A stretch of 64,000 bases of DNA from a bacterium (GTDB taxonomy: Bacteria; SAR324; NAC60-12), in assembly GCA_965233585.1 (NCBI GenBank), contig CBDDTI010000295.1, positions 96,001-160,000 of the forward strand. Reading direction: 5' to 3'. Below, one piece after another: positions 28,481 through 37,700 of this stretch. A model generated the notes under the pieces. That model did no database searches. It saw only the letters and a list, made by a program, of their open reading frames with translations, and was not told the DNA's origin. Numbering within the stretch: the stretch's first letter is position 1; each line of letters starts with the position of its first letter. The translations under genes and the position numbers were made by a program.

Positions 28481-29926
28481 TCAGCTTAATAAGGAAAGCA
28501 CCATCTGGTCTTTGGCGTTTGCCTGTGCCAGCATGGCGGTTGCTGATTGCATCATAATCTGATTCTTGGTGAAGGCTGTCATCTCTTCTGCCATGTCTGT
28601 ATCGCGGATCACAGACTCTGCTGAAACCAAGTTTTCATTTGCCACACGCAAGTTGTTGAGATTACTTTGCAAGGTATTCTTTTGGAATGCCCCGAGCTTT
28701 CCACGTTCTATGGTCGTTTCTTCTATCGCTTGGTCTATGATATTCAAGGAATCCTGTGCAGAACGAAAGGACGTCACATCTACTTCTTCCAAAGATTTGA
28801 TGTCACTGACGTTCTCCAGTCCTTTCCCCAATGCAGAAGGCGCCATGTTTCTTAAAGACACCGCAATCGTTTGACCTTCATTTGCTCCGATTTGAAATTG
28901 CAATGAGTTCTGAAACACTGACACAGTCCCTGCAACTTGAGATTGCCCCTCTGGAATAGCTGCTCCATTGTAACGAACAGCAAGCCCTGCAATGTTGGGT
29001 GCATTGTCTTTGCCTGTTAAAACTTGCCCACGACCGACGGCATCTTCCCCGTTGATTGTTCCTTTGACGTCTGCTCCTCTCTCGGCTTCCTGCGTGACAT
29101 TACCGACGGTGGACAAAACACCATTTGTCTCTGATGCCACTGAAAAAGAATGCTCGCTTCCGTATTCTTGATGCGTCAATGTGACACTTCCATTGTCATT
29201 CTTAGAGACGTCTATCTTCAGTCCTGCAGCTGCAATTTTAGACTTCAGTTCATTGATGTTACTGTCCAGATTCTCTCCTGCAATGGTTGTGAAGGAGACA
29301 GTTTTACCACCTTCACTGACAGTGAGAGTTTCCCCATCATCTATCAGCTGTTGAGTCAAAGCCACACTACCTGTGATGGACGTTTTAGTGGCAACTTGAG
29401 AGATGTCAACATCATAGCCTTCCACAGGCGATGTATTGGTGTTGGGTCCTGCAGAGACAAACTGCAGACCTTCTCCATTGGCAACTCCGTTTGCACCACG
29501 ACTGCCGTTGAGCAGTAGCTTCGTTCCAAACTGAGTGTTTTGGGCAATTCTTTCAATGGTAGCAAGGGCATTGTCTATCTCTGCTTGGTCTGCCTCCAGC
29601 ATTTTTTCATCGTTCACACCTGTATTGCTGGCATGAATGGCAAGCTGACGAACATCTACAAGCAACTTATTCACTTCTTGCAATGCTCCTTCTGCCGTTT
29701 GCACCATAGAAATCCCACTTTCCGAGTTGTCTATCGCTTGCTCAAGTCCCGCAATCTGCGCCCGCATTTGCTCTGAAATCACAAGCGATGCAGGACCATC
29801 TGCGGCACGATTGATCTTCTCCCCAGATGAAAGTTTTTCTAGGGTTTTGGCTGAATTAAATGCAGCGATCCCTAATTGACGCTGCGTGTTGATGGCACTA
29901 ATATTGTGTTTGATTCTAAACATCAT
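28481..29926 (-). CDS. Flagellin, near-identical triplet copy B
   Basis: Same length as copy A and aligns to it without gaps. Confidence 0.96.
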   Translation of the reverse strand: MMFRIKHNISAINTQRQLGIAAFNSAKTLEKLSSGEKINRAADGPASLVISEQMRAQIAGLEQAIDNSESGISMVQTAEGALQEVNKLLVDVRQLAIHASNTGVNDEKMLEADQAEIDNALATIERIAQNTQFGTKLLLNGSRGANGVANGEGLQFVSAGPNTNTSPVEGYDVDISQVATKTSITGSVALTQQLIDDGETLTVSEGGKTVSFTTIAGENLDSNINELKSKIAAAGLKIDVSKNDNGSVTLTHQEYGSEHSFSVASETNGVLSTVGNVTQEAERGADVKGTINGEDAVGRGQVLTGKDNAPNIAGLAVRYNGAAIPEGQSQVAGTVSVFQNSLQFQIGANEGQTIAVSLRNMAPSALGKGLENVSDIKSLEEVDVTSFRSAQDSLNIIDQAIEETTIERGKLGAFQKNTLQSNLNNLRVANENLVSAESVIRDTDMAEEMTAFTKNQIMMQSATAMLAQANAKDQMVLSLLS

Positions 29927-29946
29927 AACCTCCTTGGTTGATTAAA

Positions 29947-29962
29947 ATGCGTTCCATCGCAT
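29947..29962 (-). promoter_or_regulatory. CsrA-type hairpin in the flagellin B leader
   Basis: ATGCG-ATGGAA-CGCAT, plus CAAGGAGG at the SD. Confidence 0.7.
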
Positions 29963-30006
29963 AAAAAGCCCCCGATACATTCAAAGGCACTTAAAAAAAT
30001 TGTGAA

Positions 30007-30670
30007 TTGTCAAATCCATTTATCCGTTGTCAAAAGACACTTCTCCCTGAATCTCTCATCAAAACATCAGAGACTCCTAAAAACTACAGTTCGCTCTCCA
30101 ATCCTTTCCAGAGACAAAGAAAAAGAAGCTCAAAAACAAAAATCCTAAAAAGCTCTTTGCGTTCTTATGACTTTTGTCAAATCCATTTATCCGTTGTCAA
30201 AAGACACTTCTCCCTGAATCTCTCATCAAAACATCAGAGACTCTTAAAGCTGGAGACTCCTAAAAAATGCTCCTCCCCTTTCCAGTCCTATACAGATTGA
30301 AATAAGAAGAAGAAACTCAAAAAAACCTTGCGTTCTTATGACTTTTGTCAAATCCATTTGACCGTTGTCAAAAGACACTTCTCCCTGAATCTCTCATCAA
30401 AACATCAGAGACTCTTGAGACTACTCTTAAAAAATGCTCCTCCTCCTCTCCAATCCTTTCCAGAGACAAAGAAAAAGAAGCTCAAAAAAACCTTGCGTTC
30501 TTACGACTTTTGTCAAATCTATTTATCCGTTGTCAAAAGACACTTCTCCCTGAATCTCTCATCAAAACATCACAGACTCTTAAAGCTGGAGACTCCTAAA
30601 AAATGCTCCTCCCTCCTCTCCAATCCTTTCCAGAGACAAAGAAAAAGAAGCTCAAAAACAAAAATCCCGA
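30007..30670. repeat. Intergenic array 2: four ~165-170-bp imperfect tandem repeats homologous to array 1
   Basis: Units start at about 30007, 30174, 30345 and 30510, beginning TTGTCAAATC.ATTT..CCGTTGTCAAAAGACACTTCTCCCTGAATCTCTCATCAAAACATCA. Confidence 0.95.
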
Positions 30671-30739
30671 AAAGTTGATTGCGTTTGATTTTTTCAGGAT
30701 CAAACGACAACCTTCCGTCTGATGCAAATTTAAAATCTA

Positions 30740-32182
30740 TTAACTCAATAAGGAAAGCACCATCTGGTCTTTGGCGTTTGCCTGTGCCAGCATCGCAGTT
30801 GCAGATTGCATCATAATCTGATTTTTGGTGAAGGCTGTCATCTCTTCTGCCATGTCTGTATCACGAATCACAGACTCTGCTGAAGTTAAGTTTTCACTAG
30901 AAACCCTAAGGTTGTTCAGGTTGCTTTGTAATGTGTTTTTCTGGAATGCCCCAAGTTTCCCTCGTTCCATAGTCGTTTCTTCTATCGCTTGGTCTATGAT
31001 ATTCAAGGAATCCTGTGCAGACCGAAAGGACGTCACATCTACCTCTTCTAGGGATTTGATGTCACTGACGTTCTCTATTCCTTTTCCCAGTGCAGAAGGC
31101 GCCATGTTTCTTAAAGACACGGCGATTGTTTGACCTTCATTTGCACCAATTTGGAATTGCAATGAGTTCTGAAACACTGACACAGTCCCTGCATTTTTGG
31201 TCTGTCCTTCTGGAATGGCAGCTCCATTGTAACGAACAGCAAGCCCTGCGATGTTGGGTGCATTGTCTTTGCCTGTTAAAATCTGCCCACGACCGACGGC
31301 ATCTTCTCCGTTGATTGTGCCTTTGACGTCTGCACCCCGTTCTGCTTCTTCTGTCACATTACCTACGGTGGACAACACACCTGCTGTCTCTGATGCCACT
31401 GAAAAAGAATGCTCGCTTCCGTATTCTTGATGCGTCAGTGTAATCGCACCAAGGTCTGTTCTGGAGACATCTATCTTCAGACCTGCGGCGGCAATTTTAG
31501 ACTTCAGCTCATTGATGTTGCTGTCCAGATTCTCTCCTTTGAGAGTGGTGAACGAAACGGTTTTGCCCCCTTCGCTGACAGTGAGAGTTTCCCCATCATC
31601 TATCAGTTGTTGAGTCAAAGCCACACTGCCTGTGGTGGTCGTTTTAGTGGAAACTTGAGAGATGTCCACATCATAGCCTTCCACAGGCGATGAGTTCGTT
31701 GTTGGTCCTGCAGAGACAAATTGTAAGCCCTCTCCATTCGCCACGCCGTTTGCACCACGACTGCCATTGAGCAGTAGCTTTGTTCCAAACTGGGTGTTTT
31801 GGGCAATTCTTTCAATGGTGGCAAGTGCGTTGTCTATCTCTGCTTGGTCTGCCTCAAGCATCTTTTCATCGTTCACACCTGCGTTGCTGGCATGAATCGC
31901 TAACTGGCGAACATCTACAAGTAATCTGTTGACTTCTTGCAAGGCGCCTTCTGCTGTTTGCACCATGGAAATCCCACTTTCAGAGTTGTCTATCGCTTGC
32001 TCAAGTCCTGCAATCTGCGCTCGCATTTGCTCTGAAATCACAAGCGATGCAGGACCATCTGCGGCACGATTGATCTTCTCCCCAGATGAAAGTTTTTCTA
32101 GGGTTTTAGCTGAGTCAAATGCTGCATTCCCTAATTGACGTTGTGTATTGATTGCACTGATGTTGTGTTTAATTCTAAACAT
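30740..32182 (-). CDS. Flagellin, near-identical triplet copy C
   Basis: Aligns without gaps to copies A and B. Confidence 0.96.
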   Translation of the reverse strand: MFRIKHNISAINTQRQLGNAAFDSAKTLEKLSSGEKINRAADGPASLVISEQMRAQIAGLEQAIDNSESGISMVQTAEGALQEVNRLLVDVRQLAIHASNAGVNDEKMLEADQAEIDNALATIERIAQNTQFGTKLLLNGSRGANGVANGEGLQFVSAGPTTNSSPVEGYDVDISQVSTKTTTTGSVALTQQLIDDGETLTVSEGGKTVSFTTLKGENLDSNINELKSKIAAAGLKIDVSRTDLGAITLTHQEYGSEHSFSVASETAGVLSTVGNVTEEAERGADVKGTINGEDAVGRGQILTGKDNAPNIAGLAVRYNGAAIPEGQTKNAGTVSVFQNSLQFQIGANEGQTIAVSLRNMAPSALGKGIENVSDIKSLEEVDVTSFRSAQDSLNIIDQAIEETTMERGKLGAFQKNTLQSNLNNLRVSSENLTSAESVIRDTDMAEEMTAFTKNQIMMQSATAMLAQANAKDQMVLSLLS

Positions 32183-32206
32183 AGTTACCTCATAATAGTT
32201 AGGTTA

Positions 32207-32222
32207 ATGCTGTCCATAGCAT
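32207..32222 (-). promoter_or_regulatory. CsrA-type hairpin in the flagellin C leader
   Basis: ATGCT-ATGGAC-AGCAT on the minus strand. Confidence 0.65.
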
Positions 32223-32266
32223 GACAAAGTTCTTTTGAATCATTCAAAAAAACGTTTAAAAATTCA

Positions 32267-33427
32267 TTAAATTTGAGCTGGGGTGTCAGATGCGTTGCTT
32301 AAAATTGAAAGCATGGCTTGTTCATTCTGCACCCGATTTTCTTCCCCGATGCTGGTTTTTTGGGGCTTTGACCCTGCCAGCAACATAAATCCTGTCATTT
32401 GCAATGTTTTGATGGATTCTTCCATCTGTTGAATGTCATTGTTCATCTGTCTCAACATGTGTTGACACAGTTTTTGTGCTTGAATTTCTGGCAAGCTGGG
32501 CAGTTGTAGCATGTTGTACCACTGCCCATCGCTAAGCACTCCTCCTAAATCGCAAGGATTCAGCGATGGAATTTGCATAGACAAAGGCTCGTCTTGATGT
32601 TCTAAATTGCCAATCAGCCGCTTTGTTCCATCTTGAATCGTTAACAATTCCTCGCCTGAAAATCCCCCATACCATAAGATATGCGTTTCATGGTCTGTCA
32701 TCTGGTTGCCTTCCCATAAAGCGTGCATGCCATTGATTTTGGCACTTCCTAATTTGCCAACTTTTGACGTTTGCATGATGCCCGGTGCCACAGAAATCAG
32801 GGCTGTCTTTTCACTGTAACCAAAGAAAAGGACTTGCGATTTGGACAAATGCTGAATTTTTAAAAATCCTTCTTGGTTGATAGTCAAGTCAAGTGACAAT
32901 CCCTTCTGAAAAATCATGCGTTGAGCGCCTAGTAAAAAGCTCTCAATGGTTTCATCTGGTGCAAGACAATACACTGCCGTTTTGCCCCCTTCATAAAATC
33001 CAACATACGTCTCATTGCGGAGTAGCTTTTGAGTCAAAGGGACTGAGCCGTACAAAACACTTGGAATTGGTGCTTTGACAGTTTGCACACGAATTGTCTG
33101 ACCATGCCTCATGTGTAGCGGTATTTTGACCGCTCTGCAAACTTGTCCTTTTGCCAAAAGCTGAAAGCGACCATCTAGCAACATGTCTCCTTCAAAGTGA
33201 GTGGTTTTGAGCCTCCTAAGCATGTTTTGATGCAGTGTTTCAAAGCTGGCACTTTCAAAGTCTTCAGACAGTGCTTTCAATTCTTTTTGAGTTTTTTTGA
33301 ATTGAAAGAGTGCATTTTGTAGGCTGGAGACCGATTTTTCTATCTGTTCCAATAGTTCATTAGAACCTAAAAAATCTAACGACTCCCTCCACAAGACTTG
33401 CTTGGGTTTTAATAATTTTCTTTCCAC
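32267..33427 (-). CDS. Highly diverged flagellin-like protein lacking canonical terminal motifs
   Basis: Colinear motif remnants of the neighbouring flagellins: T.F.G..LLDG, GSVPLTQKLL, EGGKT, GL.LD, KING..A..G, P..LG and Q.MLS.LS. GTG start. Confidence 0.7.
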   Translation of the reverse strand: MERKLLKPKQVLWRESLDFLGSNELLEQIEKSVSSLQNALFQFKKTQKELKALSEDFESASFETLHQNMLRRLKTTHFEGDMLLDGRFQLLAKGQVCRAVKIPLHMRHGQTIRVQTVKAPIPSVLYGSVPLTQKLLRNETYVGFYEGGKTAVYCLAPDETIESFLLGAQRMIFQKGLSLDLTINQEGFLKIQHLSKSQVLFFGYSEKTALISVAPGIMQTSKVGKLGSAKINGMHALWEGNQMTDHETHILWYGGFSGEELLTIQDGTKRLIGNLEHQDEPLSMQIPSLNPCDLGGVLSDGQWYNMLQLPSLPEIQAQKLCQHMLRQMNNDIQQMEESIKTLQMTGFMLLAGSKPQKTSIGEENRVQNEQAMLSILSNASDTPAQI

Positions 33428-33585
33428 TTTTTGCCTCTTTCTAAGTCATTAAAAAATTATTTTTGGTATAAAAATAAGACAGAGAACCCTTGAAAAAATA
33501 GAGATACTTTGAAAAACCAGAATCCCTTTTTATAGTTTTTCAGAAACGTGCGTTTTGTCTTTTTACATGTTCTCTTTTATGAGCG

Positions 33586-33805
33586 AACGCAAAAAGCCCT
33601 GAATACTCTTAAAATTGAGTACTCACGGCATTCTTTCATCTCCTTTCTTCTTTCTAATTTTTAATTTTTAGCAAACGCAAAAAGCCCTGAATACTCTTAA
33701 AATTGAGTACTCACGGCATTCTTTAACCTTCTTTCTAATTTTTAATTTTTAGCAAACGCAAAAAGCCCTGAATACTCTTAAAATTGAGTACTCACGGCAT
33801 TCTTT
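33586..33805 (-). terminator. Three identical 51-bp copies of an intrinsic-terminator-like hairpin
   Basis: Copies at 33586-33636, 33674-33724 and 33755-33805. Minus strand reads GCCGTGAGTACTC-AATTTTAA-GAGTATTCAGGGC-TTTTT, downstream of fliS. Confidence 0.8.
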
Positions 33806-33852
33806 CATCTTCTTTTCTCAATTCAGAGAGTTGACCACTGATTTAGTCTAAA

Positions 33853-34299
33853 TCAACCTTGTGCTACAAACTTCTGCCCCTGTGCAAGTTGTGCTTGCCT
33901 TACATTCATACGTTTGGTTTTTTCTGCTTTTTGTTGCTCTCGTATCTGCTTCCAACCATTGCTTAAATTCTCCATAATCTGGATAGATTCTTGAATGGGC
34001 GGAATTTCTTTAGTCAAATTGGCATAGACAATTTGTTTGAACACGTAGACGTACAGGTTCTTCAAATTACTTCCTATTTCCCCAGACTCATCAACACGCA
34101 GTGTAGAAAGCAATTCGCTGACGATGTTCTTGGCACGTGTCAAATAATGATGAGCTTCCTCAACTTCATTTGCCTCAATTTTGGTCACTGCTTTCTTCAT
34201 AAATCGTAATGACCCATCATAAAGCATGATGATTAAAGAAAGCTGGTCGGAAGTTTGAACATTTGCTTGATAATAGGCTTGATAGGTTTGTTTAGCCAT
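33853..34299 (-). CDS. fliS: Flagellar export chaperone FliS (paralog 2)
   Basis: LIIMLYDG, A..IV.EL...L, GEI..NL..LY.Y and L...W motifs. Confidence 0.92.
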   Translation of the reverse strand: MAKQTYQAYYQANVQTSDQLSLIIMLYDGSLRFMKKAVTKIEANEVEEAHHYLTRAKNIVSELLSTLRVDESGEIGSNLKNLYVYVFKQIVYANLTKEIPPIQESIQIMENLSNGWKQIREQQKAEKTKRMNVRQAQLAQGQKFVAQG

Positions 34300-34316
34300 G
34301 ACTGTTCTCCTTTGAG

Positions 34317-34739
34317 TTATCCTTGAACATTAACACGTTTGGCGCCTGGTGCAGAAGGTTCTGCTTGTTTGTTTTGTGTCGCAATAGAGACCCATGCCTC
34401 CCGCAGTTGCAGTAAAAGTTTCAACACGCTTGCCGTGATAGCGGCATCTTTTTTGATGTTTGCTTCAATCAACTGGTCAAACATGTAGAGGTATAAACTT
34501 TTAAGATTCGCTGCAATTTCTCCCCCCTTTTCCATGTCAAGTGAAACGGACAGTTCTGAAATAATGCTTCTTGCTTTAGTGATGCCCTGATGTGCTTTTT
34601 CCAAATTTTCCGAACGTATGCTTTCAATCGCCATTTTCAGATTGCGGATTGCCCCATCGTACAGCATGACCACGAGTTTTGAGCGGTCCATCGTGTTGAC
34701 TGAAGCCTGCCTGTAAGCATGTTGATACTGATGACTCAT
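34317..34739 (-). CDS. fliS: Flagellar export chaperone FliS (paralog 1)
   Basis: LVVMLYDGAI, SLDMEKGGEIAANL..LY.YM and LREAW motifs. Confidence 0.95.
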   Translation of the reverse strand: MSHQYQHAYRQASVNTMDRSKLVVMLYDGAIRNLKMAIESIRSENLEKAHQGITKARSIISELSVSLDMEKGGEIAANLKSLYLYMFDQLIEANIKKDAAITASVLKLLLQLREAWVSIATQNKQAEPSAPGAKRVNVQG

Positions 34740-34777
34740 ACCATGACCTAATAATGTTTTAGTGAATTAACTTTGAA

Positions 34778-37700
34778 TTAACCTTTTTTCTTATTACCGC
34801 CACCGCCTTTGTTTCCTGACAATGCAGCAAACTGCTGGCTTAAATAATTCTGCTGTGCTTTCAACTTTCCAAGCGTAGAATCCAGTTTTGCAAATTTGAC
34901 TTGCAATTCTCCTCTTTTGGCATCAACTCTCTCATTCATACGTTTGAGTTGATCATCATAGGCTTTGACTTGCTCTTGAATGTCTTTGGTCACATTTTTC
35001 ACCCGACCTTCTGCAGGGTCTAGCATCGCTTGAATGCTTTCATCTAATCTTGAGGCAATGCCTTTGCTGACAAGCACCTTGGCTTGTTTGTCGGCAGATT
35101 TGACCTCTTCTGGGGTCATTTCCACAAACAGCCTGAGACCTTCAACGGGGGTGTCAACGACACCTGAAAGAATTTGCCCACGTCCTGTCATTTCCCAGCC
35201 CTCAACAATCCCTGCAACATCTACGCCTTCTACTTGAGTTGTGTTTTCCAAGCCCAATGAATCCAATTCTTTGTTAGCATTGGGTTCTACTTCAATCGTA
35301 GAACTTTTGCCAAATGACCCAGAGACAAACTTTAATGCTCCATTTTCAGTGGTGACTTCAATTTTACGTGAGCCGAGTTTTTTGTCTTCATTCAATTTTT
35401 GCTGAATCTGCTGAGCCAATGCTTGTGCTGAACTATAAGTTTTTTGGTCTAACTGAATCGGATTGGAACGTCTCCCACGTTCAATGACAATCAATTCATC
35501 ATTTTGCTCATTCACAACAATCGGGTCTCCATCGTCTAATAATTCACCAATCAATTCACTTTTTTTTGCCGCTTGTGTGATTTGGACTTCAAAACCATTT
35601 TTGGTGAGTTGAGTTTTGTCTGTGATGTTCAAATAGCTGACACGAGGGTTGTCAGATTCTCCTCTTGTTCTGAACACATTTGCCACATCTGTAAAGCTGT
35701 CAGTCATTTTTTCATCAAGTTTTTTTTCGTCCAGAGACATCATACCTTTGTCATCTAAACGGAGTCCTACTGAAAACAACATGTTCGTACTTGATGGCAG
35801 TTCAGGCACTGCCAAAATGGAGGTGTTGGCAATTTCATTTTGCATCTGCACAACATTGCGGTCACTGAGCAAAGGACCTGCCACCTGAGACCCTGGGTCG
35901 TATTTGGTAAATTCTGTGACGGTGGCACTTAAAGTGTTGTAAGCATCTACAAAGTCACGCAAGAGTTCCCTGGCTCTTTCATGGTCTCCTTTCACAGTAA
36001 TCGTAATGGGACGATTATCGCTGGTTGTCAACAATTCAAGTTCCACACCTTCTATCACATCATCAACAATGTTGCTGGGTCTTGTTATTTCCAAACCTCC
36101 CCCTGTTTCAGAGGCGCCCAACCTTAATTTGGCATTTTGAGCTTGTTGAACTGTGGGGGTTTGCGTGGTGACAAAAAAATAGTCTTCCTCAAAAACTAGA
36201 CCTCCATCTAGGGCAATGGACAATCCTGAATCAAAAGGAATGGGGACGCCCGGTTGGTAGTCTGCTCCCACAGCCACAGAACCTGTATTGCCCAAATTGT
36301 CCTCCCACTGTAATTGTAAATTTCTAGTTGTTCCCACTGTTCCATCTCCCTGCATTGTAAAGATGTAAGTCTTCTCGTCATCTTGGTCATAGATTCCACT
36401 GACTTTGATGTCTGCAGTACTTCTCCTCCTCATCAGGTCTAGCAAGCCATCTTGTACCTTCAGGTCATGTTCTCTATCGGGGTCAAAAGGTTCAAATTTA
36501 GATTCTGTGTCAATGATTCCATCACGTGACCGCATCTCATCATCAAACCACCAAAAATCGGAGTTGACAGGGGCAAACAAGTCTATCGTTGCAGTATCTC
36601 CATCATGCAAGATGCCGGGTGGAATCTCAATTTCTACCCCATGAGGCAGTTTAATTTTAGAGGCATTTTCTCCAAAAGTGTTAAAATCCAACTTAAACAA
36701 CCCCTCATCATCTTCAAAATCATAACCGATGGCATCTTCAAGGCTTGTGTCATCTATGGTTTCAGACAGATAAGGAGCGCCAATGTTGACCTTCCCTGTC
36801 TCGCCTGTCTCAGTAAATTCATAATGCAAGAACAGCTTTTTGGGACCTCCAACCTGACCTCCATCTTCAGCACGCAACACAAGGGTTTGGTCTACTTCTG
36901 ATGTGTAAGTTCCTGTGGCTCTGACCTGACCTCTGTCATCTTGTGTTCTCCAAGCAGAGACATTCCCAACCCTTGACAGACGTTCTTCATCAGAAAGCCA
37001 CCACAACCAGTTAGAACGTTCTGAAAAGGCTTGAAAAGTAAAAGAATCGCCAAGCTGTGCTTCTCCGTCGCTGACCATAATAGCTGCACCATCAACAATG
37101 TGAATCGGCTCGCCCGGTTTGTAGGTGCGTTCATTGACTTCTATATCTCCTGAACGTCCCTGATTGTCCTTCCAAGATAAAATGATGCCAGACTCTGAGT
37201 TGATCACACCACCTTGTGAGACACTGACGCTAATATCCAAGTCATCTTCTCCTGTGTATTTGCCTGCGGCTTCTACAATAGGAGTAGAAGCCCCCCAACG
37301 TTTTGAATCTGTACCAACCTCAAGCACTGCTTCGCCTTCCCACTCAGGGTCTGTGTCATAGCTATTTTCGTAAAGAGGAGGGGGGACTTTGCCATTTTTA
37401 AGGTCAATTTCCACATTGATTCTTCCCTCTTCACCTGTGATTTTGCTGGTCAGCATCAACTGATAGGGTTTTTCAGAACTCCCTGTTTTGATGACGAAGG
37501 CTTCTACGTACTTGCTTTCTGAATTGATTGCAGAGCGAATGCCCTCTAACGTGTTGTTGTTACGACTAATCAAAATCGTTTCTTCAGGGTTCTTCTCAGG
37601 GTCTCCAACTTGCAGTTTAATTCTGCCAACGCCAACGCTTTCGTCAGGAGACTCAAAACCTTGTGAGGTGATTTGATGAGACAACGCCAGCTGATCTACA

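Noticed and set aside
27755..30670. CRISPR or coding interpretation of the 170-bp arrays (ORFs 28260..28562, 30007..30300, 30328..30678, 30345..30599)
   Set aside because: There are no unique spacers. Indels between units do not preserve frame, and the ORFs use TTG starts without an RBS.
33586..33805. CRISPR-like array (three identical palindromic repeats with 30-37-bp gaps)
   Set aside because: The gaps share a 27-bp identical tail, so they are not unique spacers. The repeat is 51 bp with a U-tract, and there are no cas genes in the window.
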